DNA from: Bacilli bacterium
GTDB lineage: Bacteria > Bacillota_I > Bacilli_A > RFN20 > UBA1709
Assembly: GCA_050949315.1 (NCBI GenBank)
Contig: JBMNFL010000001.1
Location: 544,001 to 608,000, forward strand
DNA: 64,000 nt
Reading direction: 5' to 3'
The position numbers and the translations under genes were made by a program. The notes under the pieces are model-generated. The model was not told the origin of the DNA, made no database searches, and saw only the letters and a program-made list of their open reading frames with translations. Within the stretch, counting starts at the first letter, position 1. The number at the start of each line of letters is the position of its first letter. This document shows positions 28,910-39,091 of the stretch, one piece after another.

Positions 28910-30901
28910 TCAAAGCTTTTTACTACTACAATAAGCAATGATTTGCTTATTTTCTGGTAAACTTGCCTCCTTGAGAATTAATTTCGCATCATCACGAGCG
29001 ATTTCTAAAATCCTTAAATCTTCATGGATATCAGCTAAAACTAGATCAGGAATCCCGCTCTGTCTAGTTCCAACCACATCTCCCGGTCCTCGGTTGGCTA
29101 AATCAAAACGAGCGATTTCAAAACCATCGTCGTGATCAACTAAATAATTTAAACGCTTAAGCGCTTGTTCATCTGCACTGCTGCAAAGCAAATAACAACT
29201 GGCCTTTTGGCCAGCTCGGCCTATCCTTCCACGCAATTGGTGTAAGGCGGCTAGCCCAAAACTTTGAGCATCATAAATTATCATCATTGAAGCCTCTTTA
29301 ACATCAATCCCCACTTCAATCACCGTGGTTGCTACTAAAACACCCAGCTCGCCTCTTTGAAAGGCCAGCATTGTCTTTTCTTTTTCACTATCCCCCATCT
29401 TGCCATGAACAAGACCGAGTCTGACACGATCCTTAAAATATTTAGTAAGGCCCTCATAAACATCATTGACATTCCGACGACTGCTATCTTCATCTTCAAT
29501 CAATGGGCAGACGATAAAGACGCGTTCATTTCTACTAACCCTTTCTTCAATCTCCCCTAGTAGAGTTTTAATGGAGTTACCTTTTAAAACCTTAGTTACT
29601 ACGTCCCGCTTCCGATTAGGAAAAGAATGCAGCGTTGAAATATCCATATCTCCATACAAGGTGATAGCTAGACTTCTAGGAATAGGGGTGGCCGACATCA
29701 TTAGTAGTTCAACATCTTGACCTTTATCTTTTAAAAGTTGTCTTTGCTTAACTCCAAAGCGATGTTGCTCATCAATGACCGCAAGACCTAGTTTTTGATA
29801 ACTGACTCCTTCTTGAATTAAGGCGTGAGTTCCTACCACAATATCAATCTCACCACTGCTGATTTTGGCTAAAACCTCTCTTTTTTCCTTGGCCGTAAGC
29901 GAAGCCACAAGCAGGGCAATGCTTATAGGATAATCCTTTAAAAACTCACTTAAAAACTTGTAATGTTGACGGGCTAAAATATCCGTTGGAGCCATTAAAA
30001 CACCTTGATAGCCTGCGCTATAATTAGCTACTAGGCCTAGGCTTGCTACTAGTGTTTTTCCTGAGCCAACATCTCCTTGTAACATACGATACATAAGCCC
30101 GGGTTTTTCTAAGTCTGTAACAATCTCTTCAAGGGCGAATTTCTGATCATCTGTTAAGATAAAGCCACTACCATCAATCACCCGAGAAACAAGCTTATTA
30201 TCCACCGACTTTGAAGAAGAAAAAGTACCGGCTTTTTGGGATGATTTTAGTATTTGCAATTTTAGAGAATACACCAGTAGTTCTTCGTATTTTAAATACC
30301 TTAAAGCCTGCTTTAAACTCTCTTCATCATTAGAAAAATGAATGTCATTATAGGCCTTCAAACGAGAACCTAAACGATACTTTTCTTTGAACTTAGAAGG
30401 GATAATTTCTTCTAGTTTTCCCTCTTTAAGAAGTGCTTGAAAACAGAGGTTTAATAGCAACTGAAATTCATAATTTGTAATGCCTTCTGGCAAGCGATAA
30501 ATGGCTTTGATTTTAAGCTTATCTAAGTCTTTAGTTTGTAATTCTATTAGGTTTATTTCCTTACGATAATGGTTGTATTTACCAACCACTAAAACCTCGT
30601 CCCCATACTTAATTGTCTTTTCTAAATAATCGCGATTAAAACAAATGATATCATATTCATTCTCATCATAAATAAGAGTGAATTTAAATAGACTTTTATT
30701 ACGCCCAAAACGCACAACTCTTTCTTTGCGCTTAACTTCTCCTTTGATGACCACCTTTAAATCATGTTGTTCTTTTCCTAGTGGTGTTAGATTATAACGA
30801 TTGTAAGTACGCGGAAAATAGGAAACAACATCAAAGGGATTTTCAAGTTCTAATTCTTTTAAATAAGCCTGTCGCTTAGGCGTTAACTTAAAGGGAAACA
30901 T
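28910..30901 (-). CDS. recG: ATP-dependent DNA helicase RecG
   Basis: QGDVGSGKT, DEQHRFGV, SATPIPRS, HQLRGRIGR. Confidence 0.97.
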   Translation of the reverse strand: MFPFKLTPKRQAYLKELELENPFDVVSYFPRTYNRYNLTPLGKEQHDLKVVIKGEVKRKERVVRFGRNKSLFKFTLIYDENEYDIICFNRDYLEKTIKYGDEVLVVGKYNHYRKEINLIELQTKDLDKLKIKAIYRLPEGITNYEFQLLLNLCFQALLKEGKLEEIIPSKFKEKYRLGSRLKAYNDIHFSNDEESLKQALRYLKYEELLVYSLKLQILKSSQKAGTFSSSKSVDNKLVSRVIDGSGFILTDDQKFALEEIVTDLEKPGLMYRMLQGDVGSGKTLVASLGLVANYSAGYQGVLMAPTDILARQHYKFLSEFLKDYPISIALLVASLTAKEKREVLAKISSGEIDIVVGTHALIQEGVSYQKLGLAVIDEQHRFGVKQRQLLKDKGQDVELLMMSATPIPRSLAITLYGDMDISTLHSFPNRKRDVVTKVLKGNSIKTLLGEIEERVSRNERVFIVCPLIEDEDSSRRNVNDVYEGLTKYFKDRVRLGLVHGKMGDSEKEKTMLAFQRGELGVLVATTVIEVGIDVKEASMMIIYDAQSFGLAALHQLRGRIGRAGQKASCYLLCSSADEQALKRLNYLVDHDDGFEIARFDLANRGPGDVVGTRQSGIPDLVLADIHEDLRILEIARDDAKLILKEASLPENKQIIAYCSSKKL

Positions 30902-30939
30902 ACTCTCTCCTTAACAAAAAAGGGCGCTGGCCCTTTCTT

Positions 30940-32583
30940 TTATTCAACACCGACAAAGTAGGCATAAACAGGTTGACCACCATTATGTATTTCGACCTCA
31001 ATGGAGTATTTTTCATTAATAAAACTAGCAACCGCTTTCGCCTCTTCTTCACTGACACCCTCACCATAAATCAAGGTGACAATTGAAGAATCTTCATCTA
31101 TCATCTTTTTTAATAGTTCTTTAACACTGGTATTCTTGTTCTTATTGCAGTTGACAATATGACCTTCATAAATACCCATAAACTCATCTTTTTTAATATT
31201 GACCCCATCAATCCTAGTATCCTTGATGGAGAAAGTCACTTGACCACTCTTAATGGTGGTTATAGCTTCGCGCATCGCTTCTTCGTTCGCACTAAAATCC
31301 ACTTCAGGATTAAACACCATACAGGCAATAATACCCTGAGTTATGGTTTTAGAAGGAATAACGCGGCATTCACAGTCTTCCGCTAGATCCCGTGCTTGCT
31401 CAACGGCCATAATAACGTTTTTATTATTGGGCAAGAGGAAAACACGTTTGGCATGAACTTTTTTGATAGCCTCAACAAAATCCTCCGTTGAAGGGTTCAT
31501 GGTTTGACCACCACTAACAATATAATTTACATGTAAATTTTTAAACAAGGCCTTTAGTCCCTCGCCAACGGCGGTGGCAATAATGGCGTATTCCGCCCAT
31601 TCCTTATTTTCTTCGGGCTCTTTGACAACCTCTTCAACCTTAACGCCTTCTCTGATGTTTTCAACCCTAATTAGAGTGAATTCACCATAAGTTTGGGCTA
31701 AGTTTAAAGTGACTCCTGGTTTTTTAGCATTGACATGAACTTCTAGTTCATCATCCTTTTGATTAATATTCAAAGCTTCCCCAATACCTTCTAAGACCTT
31801 ACGGAAACGCAAAGGATCGAATTTTTTCTTCCCAGGATCAAGTTTTAAAGTAAAATCAATACTATAGAAATACTCGGCTGTACTGGTGGGTATTTCTTTA
31901 GCAACGCTTATTTCCTCGGCCGTATGGGCAATGGTAACTTGTTTTCTTTCAATAAGTTCTCCCTTAAGCCCTGCTAACATACCTTCAATAATTCTAACTA
32001 GACCAGCACCGCCTGAATCAACGACACCAACTTCTTTTAAAACTGGCAAAAGCTCAGGCGTATGCTCTAAAGATACTTGGGCGGCTTCTAAAAAGACCTC
32101 CATCGCCTTACCAATAGTAGGAATGGTATCAACATTAGCACTCAAAGCCTCAGCACTTTCTCTTATAACAGTTAAAATTGTCCCCTCTACCGGTTTCACA
32201 ACTGCTCGGTAAGCTACACTTGCGCCCTTTTTCCAAGCCTCTGCAAGCTCAACAACATTAACTTCGCTCTTCCCAGCTAAGCCCTGTGAAAAGCCCCTAA
32301 AAATCTGAGAAAGGATAACACCTGAATTACCTCTAGCCCCCATTAATAGGCCCTTAGAAAAGGCCTTAGAAACTTCATAGATGTTATCATTTCTAATATT
32401 CATTATTTCTTTTGAACCACTGGTAATGGTTAAATTCATATTGGTACCGGTATCGCCATCAGGGACCGGAAACACGTTTAAAGCATCGACTTCGGGATAA
32501 TGATTAAAGAGGTTGTTGGCCCCAGAAATTATCATTAATCGAAGCAAGTCCCCATTGGCTACCTTGCTATCAAAGTTCTTCAT
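30940..32583 (-). CDS. fakA: DAK2-domain fatty acid kinase FakA/YloV
   Basis: LNVFPVPDGDTGTNM, GARGNSG, GGQTMNPS. Confidence 0.92.
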   Translation of the reverse strand: MKNFDSKVANGDLLRLMIISGANNLFNHYPEVDALNVFPVPDGDTGTNMNLTITSGSKEIMNIRNDNIYEVSKAFSKGLLMGARGNSGVILSQIFRGFSQGLAGKSEVNVVELAEAWKKGASVAYRAVVKPVEGTILTVIRESAEALSANVDTIPTIGKAMEVFLEAAQVSLEHTPELLPVLKEVGVVDSGGAGLVRIIEGMLAGLKGELIERKQVTIAHTAEEISVAKEIPTSTAEYFYSIDFTLKLDPGKKKFDPLRFRKVLEGIGEALNINQKDDELEVHVNAKKPGVTLNLAQTYGEFTLIRVENIREGVKVEEVVKEPEENKEWAEYAIIATAVGEGLKALFKNLHVNYIVSGGQTMNPSTEDFVEAIKKVHAKRVFLLPNNKNVIMAVEQARDLAEDCECRVIPSKTITQGIIACMVFNPEVDFSANEEAMREAITTIKSGQVTFSIKDTRIDGVNIKKDEFMGIYEGHIVNCNKNKNTSVKELLKKMIDEDSSIVTLIYGEGVSEEEAKAVASFINEKYSIEVEIHNGGQPVYAYFVGVE

Positions 32584-32601
32584 AATTGCCTCCACTGAAA
32601 A

Positions 32602-32958
32602 CTAAATTACTTTAGTTGATTGTACATAGATATTTATTGAATGGAAATTTAAATCCAAGGTTTTCTTTAAAACATAACGAACCTTTTTCTGGACCTCAGA
32701 AACAATCTCAGTAATCTTTAGGCCATAGGCCACGATGATATAGATATTGATCTCGATGTCATTTTTGGTTTTCTTAACAGAGACGCCTTTGATATAGTTT
32801 TCACTTCTTAGAAGTTCATTTAAACCATCACGAAAAGGATTTCGACTTGCTAAACCCAAAACGCCATAACATTCAGTTGCCGCATTACCAACAATGGCCG
32901 CGATGGCGCTTGGTGATACAGAAACACTACCTTTTCTTAATCGTTTAGAAACAACCAC
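32602..32958 (-). CDS. Asp23/Gls24 family protein (YloU)
   Basis: AATECYGV, IIVAYG; synteny with rpmB and yloV. Confidence 0.9.
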   Translation of the reverse strand: MVVSKRLRKGSVSVSPSAIAAIVGNAATECYGVLGLASRNPFRDGLNELLRSENYIKGVSVKKTKNDIEINIYIIVAYGLKITEIVSEVQKKVRYVLKKTLDLNFHSINIYVQSTKVI

Positions 32959-33127
32959 AAAAGACCCCTCCTAAGCGGTTCTCAAGTATTATACTTTATT
33001 CTATAGAATAATTTCAACTATTTTAGCATTATCTAGGCCTTGAAACGATTTTCCTTGCTTTCCGTGCCCGCAAATGCTATCATGAATAAGCATTTGAAAT
33101 TTTAAGCAAAGGAGGGTTACAAAAGTT

Positions 33128-33313
33128 ATGGCAAGAATTTGTATGATTACTGGTAAAAGCTCAATCAGTGGCAATAGTCGCAGTCACTCACTAGTCGCGA
33201 CGAGGCGGAAGTGGGGCGTCAATTTACAAAAGGTCAAATTAGAAATTGATGGTCGAGTTCGGACCGTAAAAATTTCTACCAGAGCCTTAAGAACCCTCAA
33301 AAAAGCTGGTTGA
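33128..33313 (+). CDS. rpmB: 50S ribosomal protein L28
   Basis: [26 protein letters not shown]. Confidence 0.97.
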   Translation: MARICMITGKSSISGNSRSHSLVATRRKWGVNLQKVKLEIDGRVRTVKISTRALRTLKKAG

Positions 33314-33316
33314 TAT

Positions 33317-33340
33317 TAAAGAGGCATAACGCCTCTTTTA
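33317..33340 (+). terminator. Intrinsic terminator after rpmB
   Basis: AAAGAGGC-ATAAC-GCCTCTTTT. Confidence 0.8.
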
Positions 33341-33395
33341 TTATTTGCTAGTTTCTTATAAATTTCCTATAATTAAGGCGAAAGAAGTGATAGGA

Positions 33396-34349
33396 ATGAC
33401 AACTTTAGAAATCATAATTATTATTCTGGTTGTTATTATTTTAATGCTAGAATTTACTATTCTTCTTTTTCCCTATGTCATCTATCGTCGTTTCTTTAGG
33501 CGTTACAAACCTTTTAAACGCCTCTCGGTCATTGATTTTGTTCCCGAATGGAAACCCTACCTAAATTACCTCCACGAGGCCAAAACAATCTTTGAAAATT
33601 TAAACCTAGAAGAAATCACTTTAACATCCTTTGATGGTCTAAAACTAAATGCTTATTATATGCCTGCTTCCAATCCTAGTAACATCAGTGTTATCGCTGT
33701 CCATGGTTATCGTAGCGATTGCTTCCAAAGTGCCGCCATCGCCACCTCTTTTCTCCACCAAAAAGATTACAATATCCTATATGTTGAGTTAAGAGGACAC
33801 GGGAAAAGCGAGGGAGAATATGTCGGCTTTGGAGTCCAAGACCATAAGGATCTTTTAGATTGGATCAACTATTTAGATAAGCGTTTAGAACATAAAAGCT
33901 CCATCTTTCTCCATGGTCTATCAATGGGGGCCAATACTGTACTTTTAACTAGCGATTATGAACTACCTAAAAGTGTTAAAGGAATTATCGCTGATTGTGG
34001 TTATACCTCTGTTAAAGATGAACTTAGTTACCTTCATAAACTGGTTTTCCATATCCCCGCCTGGCCCTTTTTACCCCTGCTTAAAAGGATTGTTTTAAAA
34101 CGGGCCAATTACTCAATAGATGAATACTCAACTTTAAATAGCCTTAAGCAAAGCAAACTACCTATTTGCTTTATCCATGGTGATAACGATAAATTTGTCC
34201 CTACTATCTTTTCTCGCGAAAACTTTGAAGCCTGCAGTAGTGAAAAAGAACTGCATATTTTCCCAGGAGCCGGACATGCCCTAAGTCGTTTGAGTAATCC
34301 TGCTCGCTACGAGAAAATTGTTGAGGACTTTATTAAGAAACATAGTTAA
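33396..34349 (+). CDS. Membrane-anchored alpha/beta hydrolase
   Basis: N-terminal TM, HGY, GLSMG nucleophile elbow, IHGDND, GAGH. Confidence 0.9.
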   Translation: MTTLEIIIIILVVIILMLEFTILLFPYVIYRRFFRRYKPFKRLSVIDFVPEWKPYLNYLHEAKTIFENLNLEEITLTSFDGLKLNAYYMPASNPSNISVIAVHGYRSDCFQSAAIATSFLHQKDYNILYVELRGHGKSEGEYVGFGVQDHKDLLDWINYLDKRLEHKSSIFLHGLSMGANTVLLTSDYELPKSVKGIIADCGYTSVKDELSYLHKLVFHIPAWPFLPLLKRIVLKRANYSIDEYSTLNSLKQSKLPICFIHGDNDKFVPTIFSRENFEACSSEKELHIFPGAGHALSRLSNPARYEKIVEDFIKKHS

Positions 34350-34359
34350 TTCTCTAAGA

Positions 34360-34388
34360 AAAAAAGGATTTAATAATAAATCCTTTTT
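34360..34388. terminator. Bidirectional terminator
   Basis: AAAAAGGATTT..AAATCCTTTTT between convergent genes. Confidence 0.7.
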
Positions 34389-34409
34389 ATTCCTTATTAT
34401 TAAATATTA

Positions 34410-34973
34410 TTATTTCTTTAAAGAGAAGTTCCTTCTTGGTAAATAGCCCCCATGAATAACCGAGGCATCACTAGCACTAATCACCGCATTAGGGGCGATT
34501 TCTTTAATAATATCAATGATATGCTTAGCGGTTTTTCTTTCAGCAAAAACTAAAAAGACTTGATTTTCGGTCGCATAACCACGACCCTCTAACTCCGTAA
34601 CACCCACATCTAAATCTCTAATGGCCTGGCCAACTTCTTTAGCCTGTTCTTTAGGGATAATAATTTGTAAAACTGATTTACCAAAAGCTAAGCGACTTTC
34701 AATACAACTACCAAGATAGACACCAGCTGCATAACCTAGGGCATAAATAACACCCTTAAGAGGTGAACTAGAAATGCCTGTTAAAACACCAGCCGCCACA
34801 AAAACCCAGAGCAAGACCTCTACAAAAGAGAGTAAAGATCCTAATGTTCTTACTCCTCTATTTACTAATATTACTCTTATGGTCGCTAGGGAAACTTCAA
34901 TAAGTTTTGCAAAGAAAATAAAAAGAAAAATCCATACACCATTTGAGTTATAAAAATTAACTAACCACTCCAT
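34410..34973 (-). CDS. DUF5698/DUF2179 (UPF0316) membrane protein
   Basis: K..EVSLATIR, EVLLW, YALGYAAG, GVTEL.G.G. Confidence 0.85.
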   Translation of the reverse strand: MEWLVNFYNSNGVWIFLFIFFAKLIEVSLATIRVILVNRGVRTLGSLLSFVEVLLWVFVAAGVLTGISSSPLKGVIYALGYAAGVYLGSCIESRLAFGKSVLQIIIPKEQAKEVGQAIRDLDVGVTELEGRGYATENQVFLVFAERKTAKHIIDIIKEIAPNAVISASDASVIHGGYLPRRNFSLKK

Positions 34974-35075
34974 ACCACTACCCCCAGCTCTATTAGGATA
35001 CCACTAATTAAAGATTAAAGGAAACTATTTTTAATTCAATAATTAAACTATCCATCAAAGTCAATCTATTAATGA

Positions 35076-35960
35076 TTATTTATTATATTCTATCCTAAAA
35101 TAATCTAAATAGGTTTTAAATTTATCTTGTGCGGAAAGACAGGTGTCTAATAGATAACCTTTTTCTTTTTTCCACTCTTTTAAGCCCCGATAATAAAACA
35201 TTTTCAAAGCTTCATCGATGATAAATGGAACAATATTATGTTTTAAACATTCTTTAAACATCAATAATCTTCCCACTCTTCCATTGCCATCTTGAAATGG
35301 ATGAATGATCTCAAATCTATAGTGAAATTCAATAATATCCTGAATGGTTTTTGTTTCTAATCTATTATACCAATCTAATAATACTTTAATCTCTTTTTGA
35401 ACATTCTCTGGTTTAGTGGTTTTAACTCCACCAGCTTCATTTGGTAGCTTTTTATAATCCCCTACAATAAACCAACTTTCTCTACTAGCAGAGGTTCCAC
35501 TTTTTAATATTTGATGAAGCTCTTTAATAAGCTTCTCACTTATATTAAAATTCGCTTTGTCAATAATTAAATCCACACAGTTAAAATGATTAGCAGTTTC
35601 AACAATATCATCAACATTAACAGCCTCTCCTACTAAACCAAGGGTATTGGTTTCATAAATATACCTAGTTTGCTCATACGTAAGACTACTTCCTTCAATA
35701 TGGTTAGAATTATAAGTAAGCTCTATCTGCACTTTGTGATAAATACCACCCTTAAGTTTAACTTTTCTTTCCTCTTTTAAAATATCAAGAAATGACTTCT
35801 TTTTGCTTGGTCTTTTGGGCTTTATGGCATCATTAGGAATCATCCATGTCTTGCCTTTAAGAGTGGCCCCAAAAACTCTACCTTGGTTACAGTAGTTTCT
35901 AACACTGCGCTCAGAAAGCCCCCAGCGCTTGGCGATCTCAGACACCGTTAAATAATCCAT
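35076..35960 (-). CDS. HTH-Fic protein
   Basis: N-terminal excisionase/MerR-like HTH; SNHIEG inhibitory motif; canonical HPFQDGNGRVGR. Confidence 0.93.
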   Translation of the reverse strand: MDYLTVSEIAKRWGLSERSVRNYCNQGRVFGATLKGKTWMIPNDAIKPKRPSKKKSFLDILKEERKVKLKGGIYHKVQIELTYNSNHIEGSSLTYEQTRYIYETNTLGLVGEAVNVDDIVETANHFNCVDLIIDKANFNISEKLIKELHQILKSGTSASRESWFIVGDYKKLPNEAGGVKTTKPENVQKEIKVLLDWYNRLETKTIQDIIEFHYRFEIIHPFQDGNGRVGRLLMFKECLKHNIVPFIIDEALKMFYYRGLKEWKKEKGYLLDTCLSAQDKFKTYLDYFRIEYNK

Positions 35961-35982
35961 ATGAGCACCTCCTACATATGAT

Positions 35983-36048
35983 ATTTTACCGGATTATCGG
36001 CAATGTTTCAATTATTTTTATCTATTTTTTAATATTATTGCCGATAAT
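35983..36048 (-). promoter_or_regulatory. HTH-Fic promoter with 12-bp inverted-repeat operator
   Basis: TTGAAA (36006-36011)-N17-TAAAAT (35983-35988); ATTATCGGCAAT (35993-36004) / ATTGCCGATAAT (36037-36048). Confidence 0.6.
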
Positions 36049-36180
36049 AGAAGTACAAAAAAGGGAGTTCAATTCTTTTTTTGAAATATGAACTTGTTAA
36101 AACATGAAAAAGTTGAACTGGTTAGTTTTTACCTTCAAGGGAACAATAAGGGAACTGGGAGGATTTTTGAGCCCTCTCAT

Positions 36181-37311
36181 TTACCCTTTGATACCATCCT
36201 CATCTGCTCCTTTTGCTGCATTATGTGTTTTACATAAAAGTTGCAAATTATCTACAATTGTTCTTCCGCCTTTAGACCAAGGAGTAATATGGTCTTTTTC
36301 CAACTCATTATAATTTGTTACGGTACATCCTGGATAGCAACATTTTTGTGATTTTTTATATACAACACTTTTATCATCGTCATTAAACAATCTTTTACCA
36401 TCACATTCTATGTTTTCTTGGATTAGTTTTGAAATTGCTGTTTTATGTGTTTCTATCTTCCATCTTTTTATATCATTATCTTTTCTAGTAATTTTTCTAT
36501 AATAATCCATGATTAGATCCTCATCCCACCTTTTTGATACTACAAATGAAGCTATTTGAATAGCTCTTTCATCTGATACACCTGTAATACGTTTAACTTC
36601 AGTGAAAAGCGAGATTACTGAATCAAGATTATAATGTTTCTCATTGAAAGAATTACTCCTAATATCTCTTAGATGTGTCTTAACTTTATTGATTGCCAAT
36701 ACATCTCCCAAAAGCGAAAAACAGTTATATAAAAATAGAATTGCTTGATCTCCTCTATCTATTTTTTTTATATAATCGAACACTTTTGCTTTACCTTCTA
36801 GATATTTTTCAAACTCATATATCCAACGTCCATGAAACATTCCCCTCAATGATTCATAATCAGTTAATGGAACTGAGTTAGTATTAATCAAATAAAATGA
36901 TCGTTCTTCTTCTTCCTGACTTCCGCTTTTTACTACTATATCAAATTCATAGTTTAAAAGCTTTTGTTTTTGATTTTCATCTAGCCCATTATAACTTTTT
37001 TCTCTGCCATTAATTCTAGTTATAACATTGATTTCAGCAGTAGGTTTAATAAAGTAATAAATGCTAAGTATTCTTTGTTTACCATCATGAATATTATACT
37101 CCCCGTTTTTTAAGTCCCAAAAATATAATGCAGGGAGTTGTATATCAAATTGCAAAATTGATCTTATAACATTTCCTGCTCTAGTTATTTCCCCATCTTC
37201 GGTTTTTATCTTCGGCATTGTCATATAAATAAATTTTCTTTGAGTAGATTGGTCATAATGAAGTTTGCCAGATTCTATCATTTCGATTATTTCATTTACT
37301 GTTTTTTTCAT
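36181..37311 (-). CDS. DUF262 (ParB-like/GmrS) + HNH endonuclease
   Basis: TQRKFIY, DGKQR, FYLIN motifs; C-terminal C..GC..DHITPWSKGG...NLQLLC..HN..K. Confidence 0.9.
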   Translation of the reverse strand: MKKTVNEIIEMIESGKLHYDQSTQRKFIYMTMPKIKTEDGEITRAGNVIRSILQFDIQLPALYFWDLKNGEYNIHDGKQRILSIYYFIKPTAEINVITRINGREKSYNGLDENQKQKLLNYEFDIVVKSGSQEEEERSFYLINTNSVPLTDYESLRGMFHGRWIYEFEKYLEGKAKVFDYIKKIDRGDQAILFLYNCFSLLGDVLAINKVKTHLRDIRSNSFNEKHYNLDSVISLFTEVKRITGVSDERAIQIASFVVSKRWDEDLIMDYYRKITRKDNDIKRWKIETHKTAISKLIQENIECDGKRLFNDDDKSVVYKKSQKCCYPGCTVTNYNELEKDHITPWSKGGRTIVDNLQLLCKTHNAAKGADEDGIKG

Positions 37312-37921
37312 GTTTCTTCCTCCTGATTACAAGACCGTGAAATCCCATTTCCCCAGTCGATTTACAAGCCGCACGCCTTTCTTTTTGATTCATCCCACTA
37401 AAATCAATGTATGATTGAGCCATTACCATTTCATCAAAAGTTCTGTGATTAAATGGGTTATGTTCAGGATTTTCCGTATTATAATATCCTGCTGCATTTG
37501 TTAAATACCACTCAAATTCATCATAACTTAGGACATCAAGAACACCAATTGAGCAAAACATCCACCCTATATAATCATCTGGAATTGCCGTATGTTTATT
37601 TATTCTTATCGGATTAGTTCCATCCTTCATTGTCATATTTTCCATTTTTCGGTAATCATTTTTGTACGCTTCGTATTTAAAGCCATTTTTCATTTTTCTT
37701 TTATCATAATATTTTTGAGCATCATCATATGATGTTAACCAGTCTACTCCAACTGTCATTGTTTTATATTTATTTTTAGCTGTTGGATTATAAAAACTTA
37801 AATTCAAATGTCTACCATATCCTAAATAACATTCCCTTTTCATTAAAGGAACTCCTATACTAGGATTAACCCTATTTAAATAGGGTGCTAATATTATAAA
37901 ATCAATTTTGCTGTCAATCAA

Positions 37922-37946
37922 TTTTGTTAAAAACTCTTTATATAAA
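37922..37946 (+). repeat. 25-bp target-site duplication, left copy
   Basis: TTTTGTTAAAAACTCTTTATATAAA identical to 39067-39091. Confidence 0.95.
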
Positions 37947-39066
37947 TGTTAGGTTGCAAATGATGTGAGACGTTTCTTACATCTTATCTCACCAGTAGTT
38001 TGAACCAATTCAATTAACTTTTCAAGTTCCACTTCATTAGGTGTTTTAAATTTAAGAACAAGCTTAGGTAAATTGTTGTATCTTTTGTTCCATAATTTAC
38101 CTTGATATCTAAGATCATCGAGGGAATAAAATTTTAAATGTTTATAGAATTTATCTTGATCAATTCGATGACTTCTTTCTACCTTACCATTATGTTGGGG
38201 GGTTCTAGGCCTTATCAAGTGATGATTTATATGGTTTGTTCTACAAAATCTTTCTAAATAGTTTTCATATTTTCTAACATTCACGCCCTTATTTTTGCGG
38301 CGAACTTTATCAGTGAATTCCACACCATTGTCTGTTTGAATTTCCTTTGGAAAACAACCTATTTTCTTATAAGCGAAGATCAAAGCCTGAACACTTTCAT
38401 ACATTGAATGTTCGGCCGTGAAATAAAGAACTCTTTTTCGTGAACATTCATCTAAGATAGTGTATTGATAAAATCGACCTTCCAAACTATCAATTTTGCA
38501 TTCTTTGGGAACATATTTAACATCCATTTGCCATTTTTCATGAACCATTTTGGGCGTATGGTATTGTTTGTCATGCTTTTTAGGATTTGGTTTGTAGGGA
38601 ACAAATTCTTCATTTCTTTTAAAGGTTCTTAGAACACTAGATGGCGAGATATCTATACCATCATGTTTTAATCTAACCCATATTTCAACAAATGATTGAT
38701 CAGGATTTCTTCTGTGGAGATCTAGTATTCTCTTAACAATATTCGCTTTTAATTTATTAGGATGATCCGATAAAGGCCTATGTGATCGATTTAATAACGA
38801 TTCTTTACTTCCATCAAATCGCTTTAACCAACGATATAACGAACTCCTTTTAACGTGATAAAAAGATAGAATTTTTCTTATTGGCCAGGACGAAACCGTC
38901 CTCCTTAAGCAGGCGTGTAATTTTGTTTCAATATCTACTGGTATATAATTTCTTTCTTGTGTTAAAATATCCATGGGCATCTCCTTCTATATTGGTTCAA
39001 CTTCATTATAGATAAGATGCCTACTTTTTTTTATTAATTTTGTCTCACATCATTTGATATTAAACA
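37947..39066 (-). mobile_element. 1120-bp insertion sequence, IS481/IS1202-like
   Basis: TGT...ACA ends; 25-bp imperfect terminal IRs sharing CAAATGATGTGAGAC; flanking direct repeats; single DDE transposase. Confidence 0.93.
37949..38980 (-). CDS. DDE (rve/integrase core) transposase
   Basis: N-terminal HTH (SSLYRWLKRF); WQMDVK, QTDNGVEF, NGKVERSH; stop codon lies in the IR. Confidence 0.93.
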   Translation of the reverse strand: MPMDILTQERNYIPVDIETKLHACLRRTVSSWPIRKILSFYHVKRSSLYRWLKRFDGSKESLLNRSHRPLSDHPNKLKANIVKRILDLHRRNPDQSFVEIWVRLKHDGIDISPSSVLRTFKRNEEFVPYKPNPKKHDKQYHTPKMVHEKWQMDVKYVPKECKIDSLEGRFYQYTILDECSRKRVLYFTAEHSMYESVQALIFAYKKIGCFPKEIQTDNGVEFTDKVRRKNKGVNVRKYENYLERFCRTNHINHHLIRPRTPQHNGKVERSHRIDQDKFYKHLKFYSLDDLRYQGKLWNKRYNNLPKLVLKFKTPNEVELEKLIELVQTTGEIRCKKRLTSFAT

Positions 39067-39091
39067 TTTTGTTAAAAACTCTTTATATAAA
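39067..39091 (+). repeat. 25-bp target-site duplication, right copy
   Basis: Identical to 37922-37946. Confidence 0.95.

Noticed and set aside
36104-36313. 69-aa plus-strand ORF
   Set aside because: Mostly antisense to the HNH domain; no RBS or recognisable motif
37292-37921. 209-aa ORF as an independent gene
   Set aside because: It is the in-frame C-terminal half of the IS-interrupted methyltransferase
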